Below, piece after piece: positions 33,040 through 43,626 of a stretch of 64,000 nucleotides of DNA. Where the stretch lies: NCBI GenBank assembly GCA_964022095.1, contig CAXHZO010000001.1:1-64000 (forward strand). Reading direction: 5' to 3'. Each line of letters opens with the position of its first letter. Position 1 is the stretch's first letter. The position numbers and the translations under genes were made by a program. Under the pieces are notes generated by a model that worked only from the letters and a program-made list of their open reading frames with translations, was not told the DNA's origin and did no database searches. This DNA is from an uncultured Arcobacteraceae bacterium (lineage in GTDB: Bacteria; Campylobacterota; Campylobacteria; Campylobacterales; Arcobacteraceae).

Positions 33040-33334
33040 GCTGAAAGAACAAATTGAAATACTTGATATTCAAATGAGAAATACTGAAGTAAAAAGTACA
33101 CTCAAAAAGAGTGAAGCTGGAGAGTTCAAACGTCTAAAACGTAAAATAAAATACTTAAACGAAAAGGACGACAGCTTAAAGAATACAAAGGCATAGTTAA
33201 ATACAAAAGCAATCAAATATATAAAATTTTAAAACTCAATCGTATCACTGAGTAAAAGCTACTTGATATTATAAAAAAAGTAGATAATCAACTAAATGAA
33301 CTTGTAAAATTAATATTTGTTTTTGCTAGAAATA
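33040..33334 (+). mobile_element. degenerate IS3-family transposase remnant
   Basis: Fragments KSTLKKSEAGEFKRLKRKIKYL (orfA-like) and KILKLNR...IIKKVDNQLNELVKLIF (orfB-like), broken by stops and frameshifts; boundaries approximate. Confidence 0.55.
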
Positions 33335-33526
33335 ATCATAGCCATCTTAAGTATGTTCAAAATAGTGTTTGTTTTATACTATATCATTTACAAAGTTTTC
33401 CATATCACTTCTAAGTAAACTATCACAATTTTCATTTAGAGTAATACTTTCACTTGTGTGCTTTAAAAGCAGATTTAAAGTATCTGCTTTTACTTTTAGT
33501 CAAATTTCTTTTGGGAAAACTTGCAA
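33335..33526 (-). pseudogene. yjbQ: 5' fragment of yjbQ (UPF0047)
   Basis: AAGG SD + [50 protein letters not shown] / YFEHT*DGYD, matching the YjbQ HTSASLTINEN...YxHxxEG motifs. Confidence 0.75.
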
Positions 33527-33536
33527 AATTCACCTT

Positions 33537-34802
33537 TTAGTATTTATTCACTTCAAAGATTCTATCTAAACTTGCTATCGCTAGATATTTGTCAAAGTAT
33601 GCTTTATTATATCCTTGTTGTGCTTGAGTTAATAAATAGTTTGCATCAGTTAAATCAGTAGTTGTAGCTAAACCTTCATCAAATCTATTTTTTACTATTT
33701 CATAGTTTTCTTTTGATTGAAGAAGTGAAAGTTTTGAAGTCTCTAAATTATCAATTGCAACTTCAAGATTTGTTTTTGCATTTTCATATTGAAGTTTAAT
33801 ATCTAACTTTGTTTTTTCAAGCTGATTTGCTGCATTTTTGTAATCAATTTTTGCATTTTGAACTTGTGCACTATCATAACCACCACTATATAAATTCCAA
33901 GATGCAGTTACATTTGCTACATTTTGATTATCAACATTTGGTATTGCATCATACTGTTTTAATGAAAATGTATCATAGTATTTATTATGAGATGCACTTA
34001 CATCAATACTTGGATAAAAATTAGATTTAGATGCTTTTTTCTGTTGTTTATATGATTTTAAGGCCATAACTAAAGCTTGAATTTCACTTCTTTTTTCAAG
34101 TTTTGATTCATCATATGTTTTAATATTTAAACTTTTTTCATCTAAACTTTCAATTGTTTCATTTGATAAATCAACACCACCTAAGATGTTTGATAACTCA
34201 TAACTTGCAACTTTTAAATTACCCTTTGCTTGAACAACATTTTGTTTTGCATTTGACATATTTACTTGAACTTGAAGTAAATCATTTTTTGCAATTAAAC
34301 CTTGGTCATATCTATTTTTTGAATCTTCATATTGCTCTTTAAATAATGCATATGCACTATTGTAAGTTTTTAGTGAATTTTGAGCATTTAAATAGTTTAT
34401 ATATGCACTTTTTACACTTAATACAATATCTTGTTTTGTTGCAATTAAAGAGTATTTTGATGATTTCGATAAATATTTTGAAGCATTTTTATTTGCTAAA
34501 TCTTTAAAACCATTAAAAAGATTATATGAAACAGTTGCGCTTAGTGCTGTTGTTTCTGATTGATTATTATTAAAAACTGCTTCATCTGTATTATTATATG
34601 CATATCCCAAATTTAACTTTGGTAAATATGTTGATTTACTAGCTTTTAGATCTTGAACACTTTTCATATATTGATATTTAGATGATTTAATATCTAAATT
34701 TTTATTAAGTGCTATATCTACTGCTTCATCTAAATTTAATGCACTAGCATTCACTATAAATAGTGAACTAAGTGCTAATGATAATATTGAAATTTTTCTC
34801 AT
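33537..34802 (-). CDS. TolC-family outer membrane efflux protein
   Basis: LNLDEAVDIAL, SYNLFNGF, WNLYSGG repeats; RND operon context. Confidence 0.92.
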   Translation of the reverse strand: MRKISILSLALSSLFIVNASALNLDEAVDIALNKNLDIKSSKYQYMKSVQDLKASKSTYLPKLNLGYAYNNTDEAVFNNNQSETTALSATVSYNLFNGFKDLANKNASKYLSKSSKYSLIATKQDIVLSVKSAYINYLNAQNSLKTYNSAYALFKEQYEDSKNRYDQGLIAKNDLLQVQVNMSNAKQNVVQAKGNLKVASYELSNILGGVDLSNETIESLDEKSLNIKTYDESKLEKRSEIQALVMALKSYKQQKKASKSNFYPSIDVSASHNKYYDTFSLKQYDAIPNVDNQNVANVTASWNLYSGGYDSAQVQNAKIDYKNAANQLEKTKLDIKLQYENAKTNLEVAIDNLETSKLSLLQSKENYEIVKNRFDEGLATTTDLTDANYLLTQAQQGYNKAYFDKYLAIASLDRIFEVNKY

Positions 34803-34813
34803 AAATTTATCCT

Positions 34814-37800
34814 TTATGCTTTACTTACATCAACTGGTTCTTTTGAACTTATTGATGATACTTTATGTTCTAATTTAATAAAGAACATTAAAAGTGCTGG
34901 TGTAACAAATATCGTAAATACTGTTGATAATGCTAATCCACCAGTAATAACAGAACCTAATCCTCTATAAAACTCACTACCAGGTCCAGGAACTAATACA
35001 AGTGGTAACATACCAAATATAGAAGTTAGAGAACTCATATAAATAGGTCTAATTCTAGACTTAGTTGCAGCTATTACTGCATTTTTATGCTCCATTCCTT
35101 CGTTTCTAATGTAGTTTAGACTTTGATGAACAATTAAAATTGCATTATTAACAACAATACCAACAAGAATAATAAACCCTAACATGGTAAGAACATCAAG
35201 GGGTTGTTCTTCTATAAAATTACTTGTTAGTGAAAGTCCTATAAATCCACCAGCAGTTGCTAAAGGCACAGTAAACATAATAACTATTGGATATAAAAAG
35301 TTTCCAAATAGTGCTGACATAAGTAAGTAAATAATTACTAGTGCCAAAATAAAACTTCCACTTAAAGCAGTAATTGTTTCAGTTAATTTATCAGCTGTAC
35401 CACTAATACCAATATTAACATCTTCAGTGATTTTCCCTTCACTTTTCATTTTATTTATTGCACCATCAAGTATTCCCATAGTCTCTTGAATTGTCATATG
35501 TTCAGGAGGAGTTACTTGAAGTGTAATTGTTCTATCACCATTTAAGTGTCTAATCTCACTAATACCTGTTGTATCAACAGAGTTTGCAAGTGAAGACATA
35601 GGAACAAGAGATCCATTTGGTAAGGCAATTTGTGTTGATAAAATATCTTCAGGTGTTTGAATTAATTTATCATTTGCTTTTAATACTAAATCAATTTTCT
35701 TTTTACCATCTTCTTCATAATCAGAAACTTTTCTACCACTCATTAAAACATCAGCCATTACACCTAATTCATTTGAACTCATTCCAAATGCTTTTAGGGC
35801 ATCTTGGTTTGGTTTTATTCTAACTTCTGGATAAAGTAATTCAATAGAAGGAACTGGTCTTACTTGAGCCCCTTTTATAGCCCCACTTGAGGCCATAAAT
35901 AGTTTTGTACCAACACTTGCAATATCTTCAATACTCTCACCACTAATATCAACATTTACTGTTTTTCCCTCACCAATACCACTTTCGAATACTCCTGATT
36001 GAAGTGAAACTCCAAATACAGAGGGAAGCGAATTAACTATTGGCCTAAAAAATGGAATTAACTCTCTAGCTCTACTCTCATGCATAGATGTTCCACCAAA
36101 CAAGTTAAAGTCACCAAAAGATACAAAGAATGCTCTACTAAGTCCAGGAACTCCATCTACATCTTTATTGATATTTGGCTCAACTCTTTTCATTAAATAT
36201 GCACCCATATCATATCTCTCTTGGTAAGAAAGACCAGGAGGTGTAATTAAAATATTAAATACTAAGTTCTTATTTCCTTGAGGAAGATAATCTAACTTAG
36301 GGAATAATAGATAAATCGTAGCTAATGATACAACAGCAAATGAAACAATAGTAATAACTTTTGTCATAGTTGTTTTTAATGACCACTTAACAAATGTCAT
36401 AATAAAGTTTACAAATTTATTTCCAATCTTTGTTAATCTACTCTCACCTCTTGGTTCTTTTCCTGAAATTCCTGCAAACTTTTTCCAAAGCATTGGAATA
36501 ACTGCAATTGAAACAAATAAAGAAAAAGAAACTGCCCCTGTTACTGCAATTGCAATATCTTTAAATAATTGACCTGCTTCATCTTCTAAAAAAATAATTG
36601 GTAAAAATACTGCAACTGTAGTTGAAGCACTTGCGATTAATGCTCCCCATACTTCACTAGCACCTTTATATGCAGCATCAGGTATACTCATACCTTCTTT
36701 TCGGTGCCTATCAATATTTTCTAAAACAACAATGGCACTATCAACTAACATACCAACTGCAAAAGAAATACCAGCTAAAGAGATAGTATTTAAACTTCTT
36801 CCCATAGATTCAAGTATTATAAAAGTACCAACAACTGAAATTGGAATTGCTATTGATACAACAGCAGTTGGAGAAATAGCTCTTAAAAATAGTATTAGTA
36901 CTAATATTGCTAACACACCACCAATCATAATATTTTGCTTAACTAAATCAACAGAACCAACAATATATGGCCTTTGATCATAAAGCCATTTTATAGTTAA
37001 ACCTTGTTCTTTTAATACTGTATCATTTAAGTTATTTACAACTTTTTCAACCTCATTTGTAAGGGCTACAATATTTGCAGATGCACTTGGTTGAACCCCT
37101 AAAAAAATACCATCTTTCCCTAAAAACATTGCAACAGTACTAGGTGTTGCATATCCAAAGTCAACTGTTGCAATATCACCTACAGTAACTCTTTGTTCTC
37201 TATTTGAAATTAAAATCACATCTTTTATATCTTGAGGTGATTTAAACTTATGAACTGTTCTAATTCTATAACTTCTTCTACCCATATTTTGAGTACCAGC
37301 TGAAACATTTACATTTTCTGTTTGTAGTGTTGCTATTACTTGAGAAATTGTAAGATTATAAGAAGCAAGTTTATTAGTATCAAGACTGATTTGCATCTCT
37401 TGTTCTCGTCCACCACCTCCCATAGTTCCTGCAACTCCATTTACTCTTTTAATAGCTGGTTTGATTTCATTTTCAAAATATGTTTTATATTCATCAATAT
37501 GTCTATCATTTTTATCTAAAGTTTGTAACATCATCCAAATAACTGGACTTGCACTTGCTGTTTCAATTACTGGTTCATTTGCATTATCCGGATAGGAACT
37601 AACTTCATTTAATTTATTTGAAACATCTTGAAGTGCTGCTCTTAAATCAGTACCTAATTTAAAAGTAAGTGTAACTTCACCTGAATTATCTTTTGAAGAA
37701 GATTCATACTCTATTAAATTATTTAAACTCTTTAATGCATCTTCTTGTTCTTCAATAATTTCACGTTCAATTTCATAAGGAGTAGCACCTGGCCATGTTG

Positions 37801-37945
37801 TAGTAATTTTTATTTCTGGCTTTGACACATTTGGAGTTAACTGATAAGGTAACTTTGAAAGTGACAAAAACCCAAATAAAACTACAATTAAAACTGAAAC
37901 TATTATTGTTACAGGATTCTTAATTGAAAATTTTATTAAATCCAT
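34814..37945 (-). CDS. RND efflux permease (AcrB/AcrD/AcrF family)
   Basis: 1043 aa; GMLVDSAIVVLENI, GIVVNNAIL, RIRPIYMS. Confidence 0.95.
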   Translation of the reverse strand: MDLIKFSIKNPVTIIVSVLIVVLFGFLSLSKLPYQLTPNVSKPEIKITTTWPGATPYEIEREIIEEQEDALKSLNNLIEYESSSKDNSGEVTLTFKLGTDLRAALQDVSNKLNEVSSYPDNANEPVIETASASPVIWMMLQTLDKNDRHIDEYKTYFENEIKPAIKRVNGVAGTMGGGGREQEMQISLDTNKLASYNLTISQVIATLQTENVNVSAGTQNMGRRSYRIRTVHKFKSPQDIKDVILISNREQRVTVGDIATVDFGYATPSTVAMFLGKDGIFLGVQPSASANIVALTNEVEKVVNNLNDTVLKEQGLTIKWLYDQRPYIVGSVDLVKQNIMIGGVLAILVLILFLRAISPTAVVSIAIPISVVGTFIILESMGRSLNTISLAGISFAVGMLVDSAIVVLENIDRHRKEGMSIPDAAYKGASEVWGALIASASTTVAVFLPIIFLEDEAGQLFKDIAIAVTGAVSFSLFVSIAVIPMLWKKFAGISGKEPRGESRLTKIGNKFVNFIMTFVKWSLKTTMTKVITIVSFAVVSLATIYLLFPKLDYLPQGNKNLVFNILITPPGLSYQERYDMGAYLMKRVEPNINKDVDGVPGLSRAFFVSFGDFNLFGGTSMHESRARELIPFFRPIVNSLPSVFGVSLQSGVFESGIGEGKTVNVDISGESIEDIASVGTKLFMASSGAIKGAQVRPVPSIELLYPEVRIKPNQDALKAFGMSSNELGVMADVLMSGRKVSDYEEDGKKKIDLVLKANDKLIQTPEDILSTQIALPNGSLVPMSSLANSVDTTGISEIRHLNGDRTITLQVTPPEHMTIQETMGILDGAINKMKSEGKITEDVNIGISGTADKLTETITALSGSFILALVIIYLLMSALFGNFLYPIVIMFTVPLATAGGFIGLSLTSNFIEEQPLDVLTMLGFIILVGIVVNNAILIVHQSLNYIRNEGMEHKNAVIAATKSRIRPIYMSSLTSIFGMLPLVLVPGPGSEFYRGLGSVITGGLALSTVFTIFVTPALLMFFIKLEHKVSSISSKEPVDVSKA

Positions 37946-37953
37946 AATTTTTC

Positions 37954-39003
37954 CTATTTATTTAAAATTTTTACTGGCATATCAGGGAAAATTCTTTCAT
38001 TTCCTTTTGTTACTAGTTGCATACCTTCAACTAACCCTTGACCACTAATAGCTGCTTTTTGACCAAAAAATGCAATTGGTTTTACAGGAATCATTTTTGC
38101 TTGGTTTTCAACAACTGCAAAAACTACATCCATGTCAAATCTTTTTATAACTGCATCTCTATTTATTACTAAAGCTTGACTTTTTGATTCTTTTGCAAAA
38201 GAAACTTTTGCTTGTGCACCATCAAAAATAAACATATCTTTTATTGTTGCTTTAAATCTAACAGGAAAAGTTCTAGTTAGTTTATCTCCACTTGGAATTG
38301 CTGCAAAAAGTTTTGCTTTTACACTTTTTTCAGATATTTTTACATCATACTGTTGCCCTATTTCAAGTCCATTGATAAAAGATATTGGTAAATTAAAAAT
38401 TACTTCAACATCACTTGTATTAACAACTGTTGCTACTTGTGTTCCTTGATTTAACCACTCATCTTTATTTACATTTTTTTCAACTACAATTCCATTAAAT
38501 GGAGCTTTAATGACTTTTTTAGATTTTTGAATAGTTAACTCATTTAAATTTGCTTTTGCACTTGTTAAGCTCTCTTTTGCAACATCATAATCTAATTTTG
38601 CATCATCAAAAGTTTTTTGTGCGATTGACTTTTTCTCTACTAGTGCTTTATATCTATCATAATTCTTTTTTGCATTTTTTAATTGAACACTATACATATT
38701 TACTGATGATCTTGCAGCTTTTACTTGTGCATTTAAAACATCTGAATCAATCACAACTAAAGTATCACCTTTTTTTACTTTTTGACCAACTTCAAAATTA
38801 ATCTTTTTGGCAATACCATTACTTTGACTTGCTACTTTTGATTTTTTATCAAAATTTACTGTTCCTACAAACTCTTGTAAATCATTTATTTCTTGTTTTT
38901 TTAATGTTTGAACTTCTACTAATGAAGGTGGTTTCCCAGCTGCTTGTATGAAGTTTGCCATCATGAAAAATACAACAAATATTGCTAATCCTATTTTTTT
39001 CAT
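37954..39003 (-). CDS. RND periplasmic adaptor subunit
   Basis: GQKVKKGDTL, IKAPFNGIV, TRTFPVR. Confidence 0.92.
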   Translation of the reverse strand: MKKIGLAIFVVFFMMANFIQAAGKPPSLVEVQTLKKQEINDLQEFVGTVNFDKKSKVASQSNGIAKKINFEVGQKVKKGDTLVVIDSDVLNAQVKAARSSVNMYSVQLKNAKKNYDRYKALVEKKSIAQKTFDDAKLDYDVAKESLTSAKANLNELTIQKSKKVIKAPFNGIVVEKNVNKDEWLNQGTQVATVVNTSDVEVIFNLPISFINGLEIGQQYDVKISEKSVKAKLFAAIPSGDKLTRTFPVRFKATIKDMFIFDGAQAKVSFAKESKSQALVINRDAVIKRFDMDVVFAVVENQAKMIPVKPIAFFGQKAAISGQGLVEGMQLVTKGNERIFPDMPVKILNK

Positions 39004-39020
39004 ATTAATCCTTTGTATTA

Positions 39021-39251
39021 TTAATCAATTTTTTTCATTACTCTATGTACAATTTTATGCACAATTGGAGCTACTACTACAATAATAGGAAATGCACACA
39101 TAAAAGCCAATCCAAAAGCTTTCATCCATTTTCCTACGAATCCATCTACTAAACCTAAATTTATAAAACTAATTATAAAGCTCATAATAAAACTCATAAA
39201 AAGTGCCATAAAAAAAGCAAAAACTACTCTTTCGTATTTTCTATTAATCAT
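39021..39251 (-). CDS. DUF2798-like small membrane protein
   Basis: FMSFIMSFIISFINLG...WMKAFGLAFMCAFP. Confidence 0.75.
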   Translation of the reverse strand: MINRKYERVVFAFFMALFMSFIMSFIISFINLGLVDGFVGKWMKAFGLAFMCAFPIIVVVAPIVHKIVHRVMKKID

Positions 39252-39846
39252 TTTTTATCTCTATTAATTTAAATATTGTGTCCATAAATTTATCAAAGTT
39301 TTCTTTTTCATCAAAGTTTGATTGAGTCATTTTTCTCAAAGCTAAACCTTTTTGATAAGTCATAATGCCTTCAACTAATTCTAAAGCTTCTGGTTTTAAC
39401 TCACCTGTATCAACGCCTTGTTTAAATATTTTTAATAACTCTGCTGAAAAAAACTCATTTTTACTACAATTAAACTCTTTCATCGCTGTATTCTCTTCAG
39501 ATAAAACTATAGATAAAAACTCTTTATAACCATTAAAATGTTTTGTATTTTCTTCATCATCATTTAAAACGACTTTAAAAAATAGTCTTAATTTTTCTCT
39601 AGTTGTTTGTACCTCTTTTAAAGACTGTATTAAACCTTCATTATGTTTTTCTATATGAATATTAATAATTTCAAAAACAATGTCATCTTTATTTTCAAAA
39701 TATTCGTATACAGTACCTTTACCTATTCCAGCTGTTTTTGCAACTTCTGATATAGTAAGTTTTCTAATACCAACATCATGAATTAAATCTTGACAAGATA
39801 AAGCAATATCTTTTCTTCTTTGCACTTTATCAACTATTTTTGGCAT
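39244..39846 (-). CDS. TetR/AcrR-family regulator
   Basis: TISEVAKTAGIGKGTVYEYFENKDDI. Confidence 0.93.
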   Translation of the reverse strand: MPKIVDKVQRRKDIALSCQDLIHDVGIRKLTISEVAKTAGIGKGTVYEYFENKDDIVFEIINIHIEKHNEGLIQSLKEVQTTREKLRLFFKVVLNDDEENTKHFNGYKEFLSIVLSEENTAMKEFNCSKNEFFSAELLKIFKQGVDTGELKPEALELVEGIMTYQKGLALRKMTQSNFDEKENFDKFMDTIFKLIEIKND

Positions 39847-39867
39847 ATTGCAACTCCTTTATAATTT

Positions 39868-39939
39868 TTGACTGAACGTCGGTCAATTTAAATTTTATAG
39901 AAATTTACCTTAATTAACATTTAAACTGACCACTGGTCA
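39868..39939. promoter_or_regulatory. two TetR-type operator palindromes
   Basis: TTGACTGAACGTCGGTCAA (39868-39886) and TGACCACTGGTCA (39927-39939) upstream of tetR. Confidence 0.6.
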
Positions 39940-40048
39940 TTAAAATACAATTAAATTATTTTTATTTAATATTTATATCTAATATAAGTTACAATTAAAT
40001 AACTTTCTTGTAAATTATATCTACAAAGATAAAAAAAAGGAATAAAAA

Positions 40049-40597
40049 ATGAAAAAAATACTTCTAAGTACAGTTGTATTGTTAAGTTTACTAACTAGTT
40101 CATACTCATATGAATTAAACGGTGATTTACAAGTTAAATGGACAGGTTTTAAAACAGAAAAAAAAGCTCCAGTATCAGGGTCGTTTAATGACATCAAACT
40201 TAATATAGAAAAATCTGATGATTTATCTACTTTTTTAAAGAGTGCAAAAGTAGAAATTACTACTAAATCATTTGAATCAAAAAATCCAGCAAGAAATGAA
40301 AATATAATAACAACTTTATTTTCATTAGCAACATCAAAGATTATTGAAGGCTCAATATCATCTGTTAATACTAAGAATAAAGAATTGACTTTAGATTTAG
40401 TTATGAATGAAGTTAAAAATAGTGTTAGTATGAAATATACAATTGAAAATGGACAGATTAATGCAAAAGGTGTTATTGATATTTTAAATTATGAAATGAA
40501 AGAACCTTATATGAAATTTGCTCAGAAATGTGCATCTTTTCATGAAAACAAGTCATATTCAGATGTTAATATAGAATTTACTATTCCTTATAAATAA
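40049..40597 (+). CDS. YceI-family periplasmic protein
   Basis: Signal peptide, VKWTGFKT, VSGSF, SKNPARNENI. Confidence 0.75.
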   Translation: MKKILLSTVVLLSLLTSSYSYELNGDLQVKWTGFKTEKKAPVSGSFNDIKLNIEKSDDLSTFLKSAKVEITTKSFESKNPARNENIITTLFSLATSKIIEGSISSVNTKNKELTLDLVMNEVKNSVSMKYTIENGQINAKGVIDILNYEMKEPYMKFAQKCASFHENKSYSDVNIEFTIPYK

Positions 40598-40622
40598 GTA
40601 TAAAGCCAAAATGGCTTTATAC
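40598..40622. terminator. bidirectional terminator hairpin
   Basis: GTATAAAGCCA-AAA-TGGCTTTATAC between convergent genes. Confidence 0.75.
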
Positions 40623-42077
40623 CTAAGAAGAACAACTTAATTTCATATTTGCGTATTTTATAGGAGTTGGATTTGCATAGTTTTCAAAATTGCTATGCTC
40701 ATCAAATGGATTTTGAGCAATTTTCAATAGATCATTTACAAGTGAATAATCTCCATCATGAGCTTTTTCAATGGCTTCTTGAATCATATAGTTTTTTAGT
40801 ATATATTTTGGATTTACTTTTTTCATAATTTCATATCTTGATTCAAAACCACTACTTTGTTCTTCACAAACTTTTTTATAGGCTTCAAACCATTTTTTAA
40901 TAGGCTCTTGAAAAACTGCTATATCTAAAATTGTATTTAAATCATCAAATGACTTTATGAAAGTTAATCTATAAAAAAATACATTATAATCCATTCTTGA
41001 AGTTTCTAAGGCTCCTAGTAATTCAAGTATTAATTGAAGATTTGAGTCTGAACTTTTATTTGCATTTAATCCTAGTCTTTTATTCATTAAGTTTAAATAT
41101 ACATTTTGATGTTGAGATAAAAATGTCTGCATATAACTTGCTAATTTTTCACCATCACATATTTTACTTAGACAATCCGCTAAAACCATTAAGTTCCATC
41201 TTGCAACATATGGTTGATTGTTGTATGAGTATCTTCCTTCATGGTCTGTATGATTACAAATAGCATTTTTTTCAAAATAATCCATAAATGCATAAGGTCC
41301 ATAATCTATCGTAAGTCCTGCCATTGAAAAATTATCAGTATTCATAACTCCGTGTTGAAAACCATAAGCTTGCCATAAAGCCAAAAGTTCAGCTGTTTTA
41401 TCAACTAGTGAATAAAACATTTTTTCAACTTTATTTTCTACTTCAATTAAGTGTGGATAAGATTGATTAATCACATAATTAGCTAGTTGTTTTAGATTTT
41501 CTTCTTTATTTTTAGTTCTAGCAAAAAACTCAAAAGTACCAATTCTTATCCAAGAAGGACTCATTCGCATGACAATTGCACATGACTCTTGATTCCACTG
41601 TCTGTGTGCATAAGTCTCTGAATCAATTATTCCTAAAGCTCTAGTAGTAGGAATTCCTAAGTGATGCATAGCTTCACCCATAAGATACTCTCTAATACTG
41701 GACCTCAACACTGCCCTGCCATCACCTTGTCTTGAATATTTTGTAAGTCCTGAGCCTTTTGTTTGTAAGTGCCAACTGTTTATACTTCCAAGGTTTATTG
41801 CTCTTCCATCACCAAGTTGTGGTACAAAGTATCCAAACTGATGACCTGCGTAAACCATTGAATATGGCTTACTTCCCTTTAGAATTTTTGTTCCATTTAT
41901 AAAATCAATAAACTCTTGTGTTTCGCAAACTTCATAATCAAGTCCAATTAAATCACACGCTTCTTTATTATAAGAAACAAGTTTTGGATTTAAAAGAGGT
42001 GTTGCATCTAGTTTTTGATATAAACTTTCATCAAATTCAAAGTAATCTACTTCAAGTTTTAGTTCATCTAATTTCAT
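40623..42077 (-). CDS. ydiU: SelO/YdiU protein adenylyltransferase (Cys form; start may be up to 63 nt further upstream)
   Basis: YAGHQFG, QLGDGRA, KGSG.T.YSRQGDGRAVLRSSIREYL, HGVMNTDN, C-terminal SCSS. Confidence 0.95.
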   Translation of the reverse strand: MKLDELKLEVDYFEFDESLYQKLDATPLLNPKLVSYNKEACDLIGLDYEVCETQEFIDFINGTKILKGSKPYSMVYAGHQFGYFVPQLGDGRAINLGSINSWHLQTKGSGLTKYSRQGDGRAVLRSSIREYLMGEAMHHLGIPTTRALGIIDSETYAHRQWNQESCAIVMRMSPSWIRIGTFEFFARTKNKEENLKQLANYVINQSYPHLIEVENKVEKMFYSLVDKTAELLALWQAYGFQHGVMNTDNFSMAGLTIDYGPYAFMDYFEKNAICNHTDHEGRYSYNNQPYVARWNLMVLADCLSKICDGEKLASYMQTFLSQHQNVYLNLMNKRLGLNANKSSDSNLQLILELLGALETSRMDYNVFFYRLTFIKSFDDLNTILDIAVFQEPIKKWFEAYKKVCEEQSSGFESRYEIMKKVNPKYILKNYMIQEAIEKAHDGDYSLVNDLLKIAQNPFDEHSNFENYANPTPIKYANMKLSCSS

Positions 42078-42144
42078 ATTAATTTTCTCTTTTTTCATAA
42101 TTATTCGTATATATGAAATTACTTTATCAAAAAAAAACATAATA

Positions 42145-42183
42145 TAGGATAAAAAATATCCTATTTAACTTGATAACAATCAA
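42145..42183. promoter_or_regulatory. TAGGATA-N5-TATCCTA operator plus Fnr/Nss-type box between ydiU and hemerythrin
   Basis: TAGGATAAAAAATATCCTA (42145-42163) and TTGATAACAATCAA (42170-42183). Confidence 0.68.
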
Positions 42184-42235
42184 TGAAATAAATCTATCTT
42201 TATGTAAAAATATCAAAAAATAAAAAAGGCTAAAT

Positions 42236-42676
42236 ATGTTAATTGATAAAAACAATCTACCATTAGTTGCAGAAGATTTCATGAACGATGTACACCTTGA
42301 AGATGTAGAGATTATAAATGAATTATATGAAAAAGTAATAAGCTATAAAAACAATAACAATGAAGAAAATAAAAAAGAAGTAATAGCTATATATGAAAAA
42401 TGGTATGAACATACAATAAATCATTTCAAAGGAGAAGAAGACAAGATGATAGAAATGCACTTTCCTCCATATATGATGCATAAAGGTGAGCATGAAAAAT
42501 GTTTAGAAGATATGAAACATGTATTAGAAAACTTTTCAAATACAAGTGATGAAGAAGCACTAATTAAATATCTAGAAGAAGATTTAATCAACTGGTTAAT
42601 AAATCATATTCAAACTATGGATACAGTAACAGCAATGTTTTTTAAAACTGGTCTTAGTCCTTGTTCTATGAATTAA
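42236..42676 (+). CDS. bacteriohemerythrin
   Basis: H...HFKGEE...HKGEH...WLINHIQTMD iron-ligand pattern. Confidence 0.9.
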   Translation: MLIDKNNLPLVAEDFMNDVHLEDVEIINELYEKVISYKNNNNEENKKEVIAIYEKWYEHTINHFKGEEDKMIEMHFPPYMMHKGEHEKCLEDMKHVLENFSNTSDEEALIKYLEEDLINWLINHIQTMDTVTAMFFKTGLSPCSMN

Positions 42677-42697
42677 GGCTCATAATGAGCCTTAATT
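42671..42697. terminator. terminator hairpin between convergent genes
   Basis: AATTAAGGCTCAT-A-ATGAGCCTTAATT. Confidence 0.7.
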
Positions 42698-42736
42698 TTT
42701 AAAATTGTATTATTAATATTTATTTTAAGTCTATTG

Positions 42737-43438
42737 TTAAGACATAATTTCATCAATAGTAATATAATCACCTACTCTTCCAGTCATTTGTTCTACATCT
42801 GTATTTACAGGAAGTGTTTTTTTACCTGGTTTCCATCCTGCTGGACAAACTTCACCTGTTTTCTCTGCATGTTGCCATGCTCTTACTTGTCTAATAAACT
42901 CATGAACATTTCTTCCAACCATTGGTGCTTGTACTTCTTGTGCTACAACAGTTCCTTCTGGATTAATTAAAAATCTACCTCTAAGTGCAATCCCTTCTTC
43001 TTCGATCATAACACCAAATGCTCTACTTACATCACCTTTTGGGTCTGCACCAATTGTTAATTGTAAACCGTCTAATAATGGTTCAGTTTCAACAAATCTT
43101 TTATGAGAAAACTTAGTATCTGTTGATACAGCCAAAATTTCTACTCCAAGTTCATCAAATTCTGATTTCATTGCATTCATAGCTGCAATTTCAGTTGGAC
43201 AAACAAAAGTAAAATCTGCAGGATAAAAACAAACTACACTCCACTTTCCTTCATAATCTTCACTTGATACTGTTTGGTAATGACCTGTTTTTGCATTATA
43301 TGCATCCATTTTAAACTCTGGGGCTTTTCTTAAAACTAAACTTGAACTCATTTTTTCTTCCTTTTTTTTCTCTATATTTTCATTATTTATATTATTTTCA
43401 TTTTCTTCGATTGGTTTTGAACCTGTATCACAAGCCAT
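42737..43438 (-). CDS. 2-Cys peroxiredoxin (AhpC/PrxU-like) with N-terminal extension
   Basis: FYPADFTFVCPTE and GEVCPAGW; AAGGAG SD before ATG 43438 (MACDTGSKP...). Confidence 0.92.
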   Translation of the reverse strand: MACDTGSKPIEENENNINNENIEKKKEEKMSSSLVLRKAPEFKMDAYNAKTGHYQTVSSEDYEGKWSVVCFYPADFTFVCPTEIAAMNAMKSEFDELGVEILAVSTDTKFSHKRFVETEPLLDGLQLTIGADPKGDVSRAFGVMIEEEGIALRGRFLINPEGTVVAQEVQAPMVGRNVHEFIRQVRAWQHAEKTGEVCPAGWKPGKKTLPVNTDVEQMTGRVGDYITIDEIMS

Positions 43439-43455
43439 AATATTCTCCTTTTCCA

Positions 43456-43474
43456 AAGGATAATAATTATCCTT
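43456..43474. promoter_or_regulatory. Fur/PerR-like palindrome between the -10 and RBS of the peroxiredoxin gene
   Basis: AAGGATAATAATTATCCTT, containing GATAAT-A-ATTATC. Confidence 0.6.
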
Positions 43475-43626
43475 TGATAAAAATATTATAATACTTATAT
43501 TCTTTACTATAGCTTAAATTATAAATTTTTATTATAAAAATATAATAAGTTTTACTTATACTACTTTCTTTACAAACTCTAAACAAAAAACAAATAAAAT
43601 ATTCCTACAAAAACAAAGGAATAAAA

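Noticed and set aside
33369-33569. 66-aa plus-strand ORF in the ORF track
   Set aside because: Antisense shadow of the yjbQ 5' fragment and the tolC end
40623-40640. Possible selenocysteine in the SelO homolog
   Set aside because: The C-terminus reads AGT TGT TCT TCT TAG (SCSS*): Cys form, no TGA
43199-43201. Possible Sec at the peroxiredoxin active site
   Set aside because: The codon is TGT (Cys)
43545-43559. ATAAGT-TTT-ACTTAT palindrome (LysR-like) between prx and trx
   Set aside because: Single copy in very AT-rich DNA; cannot be distinguished from chance
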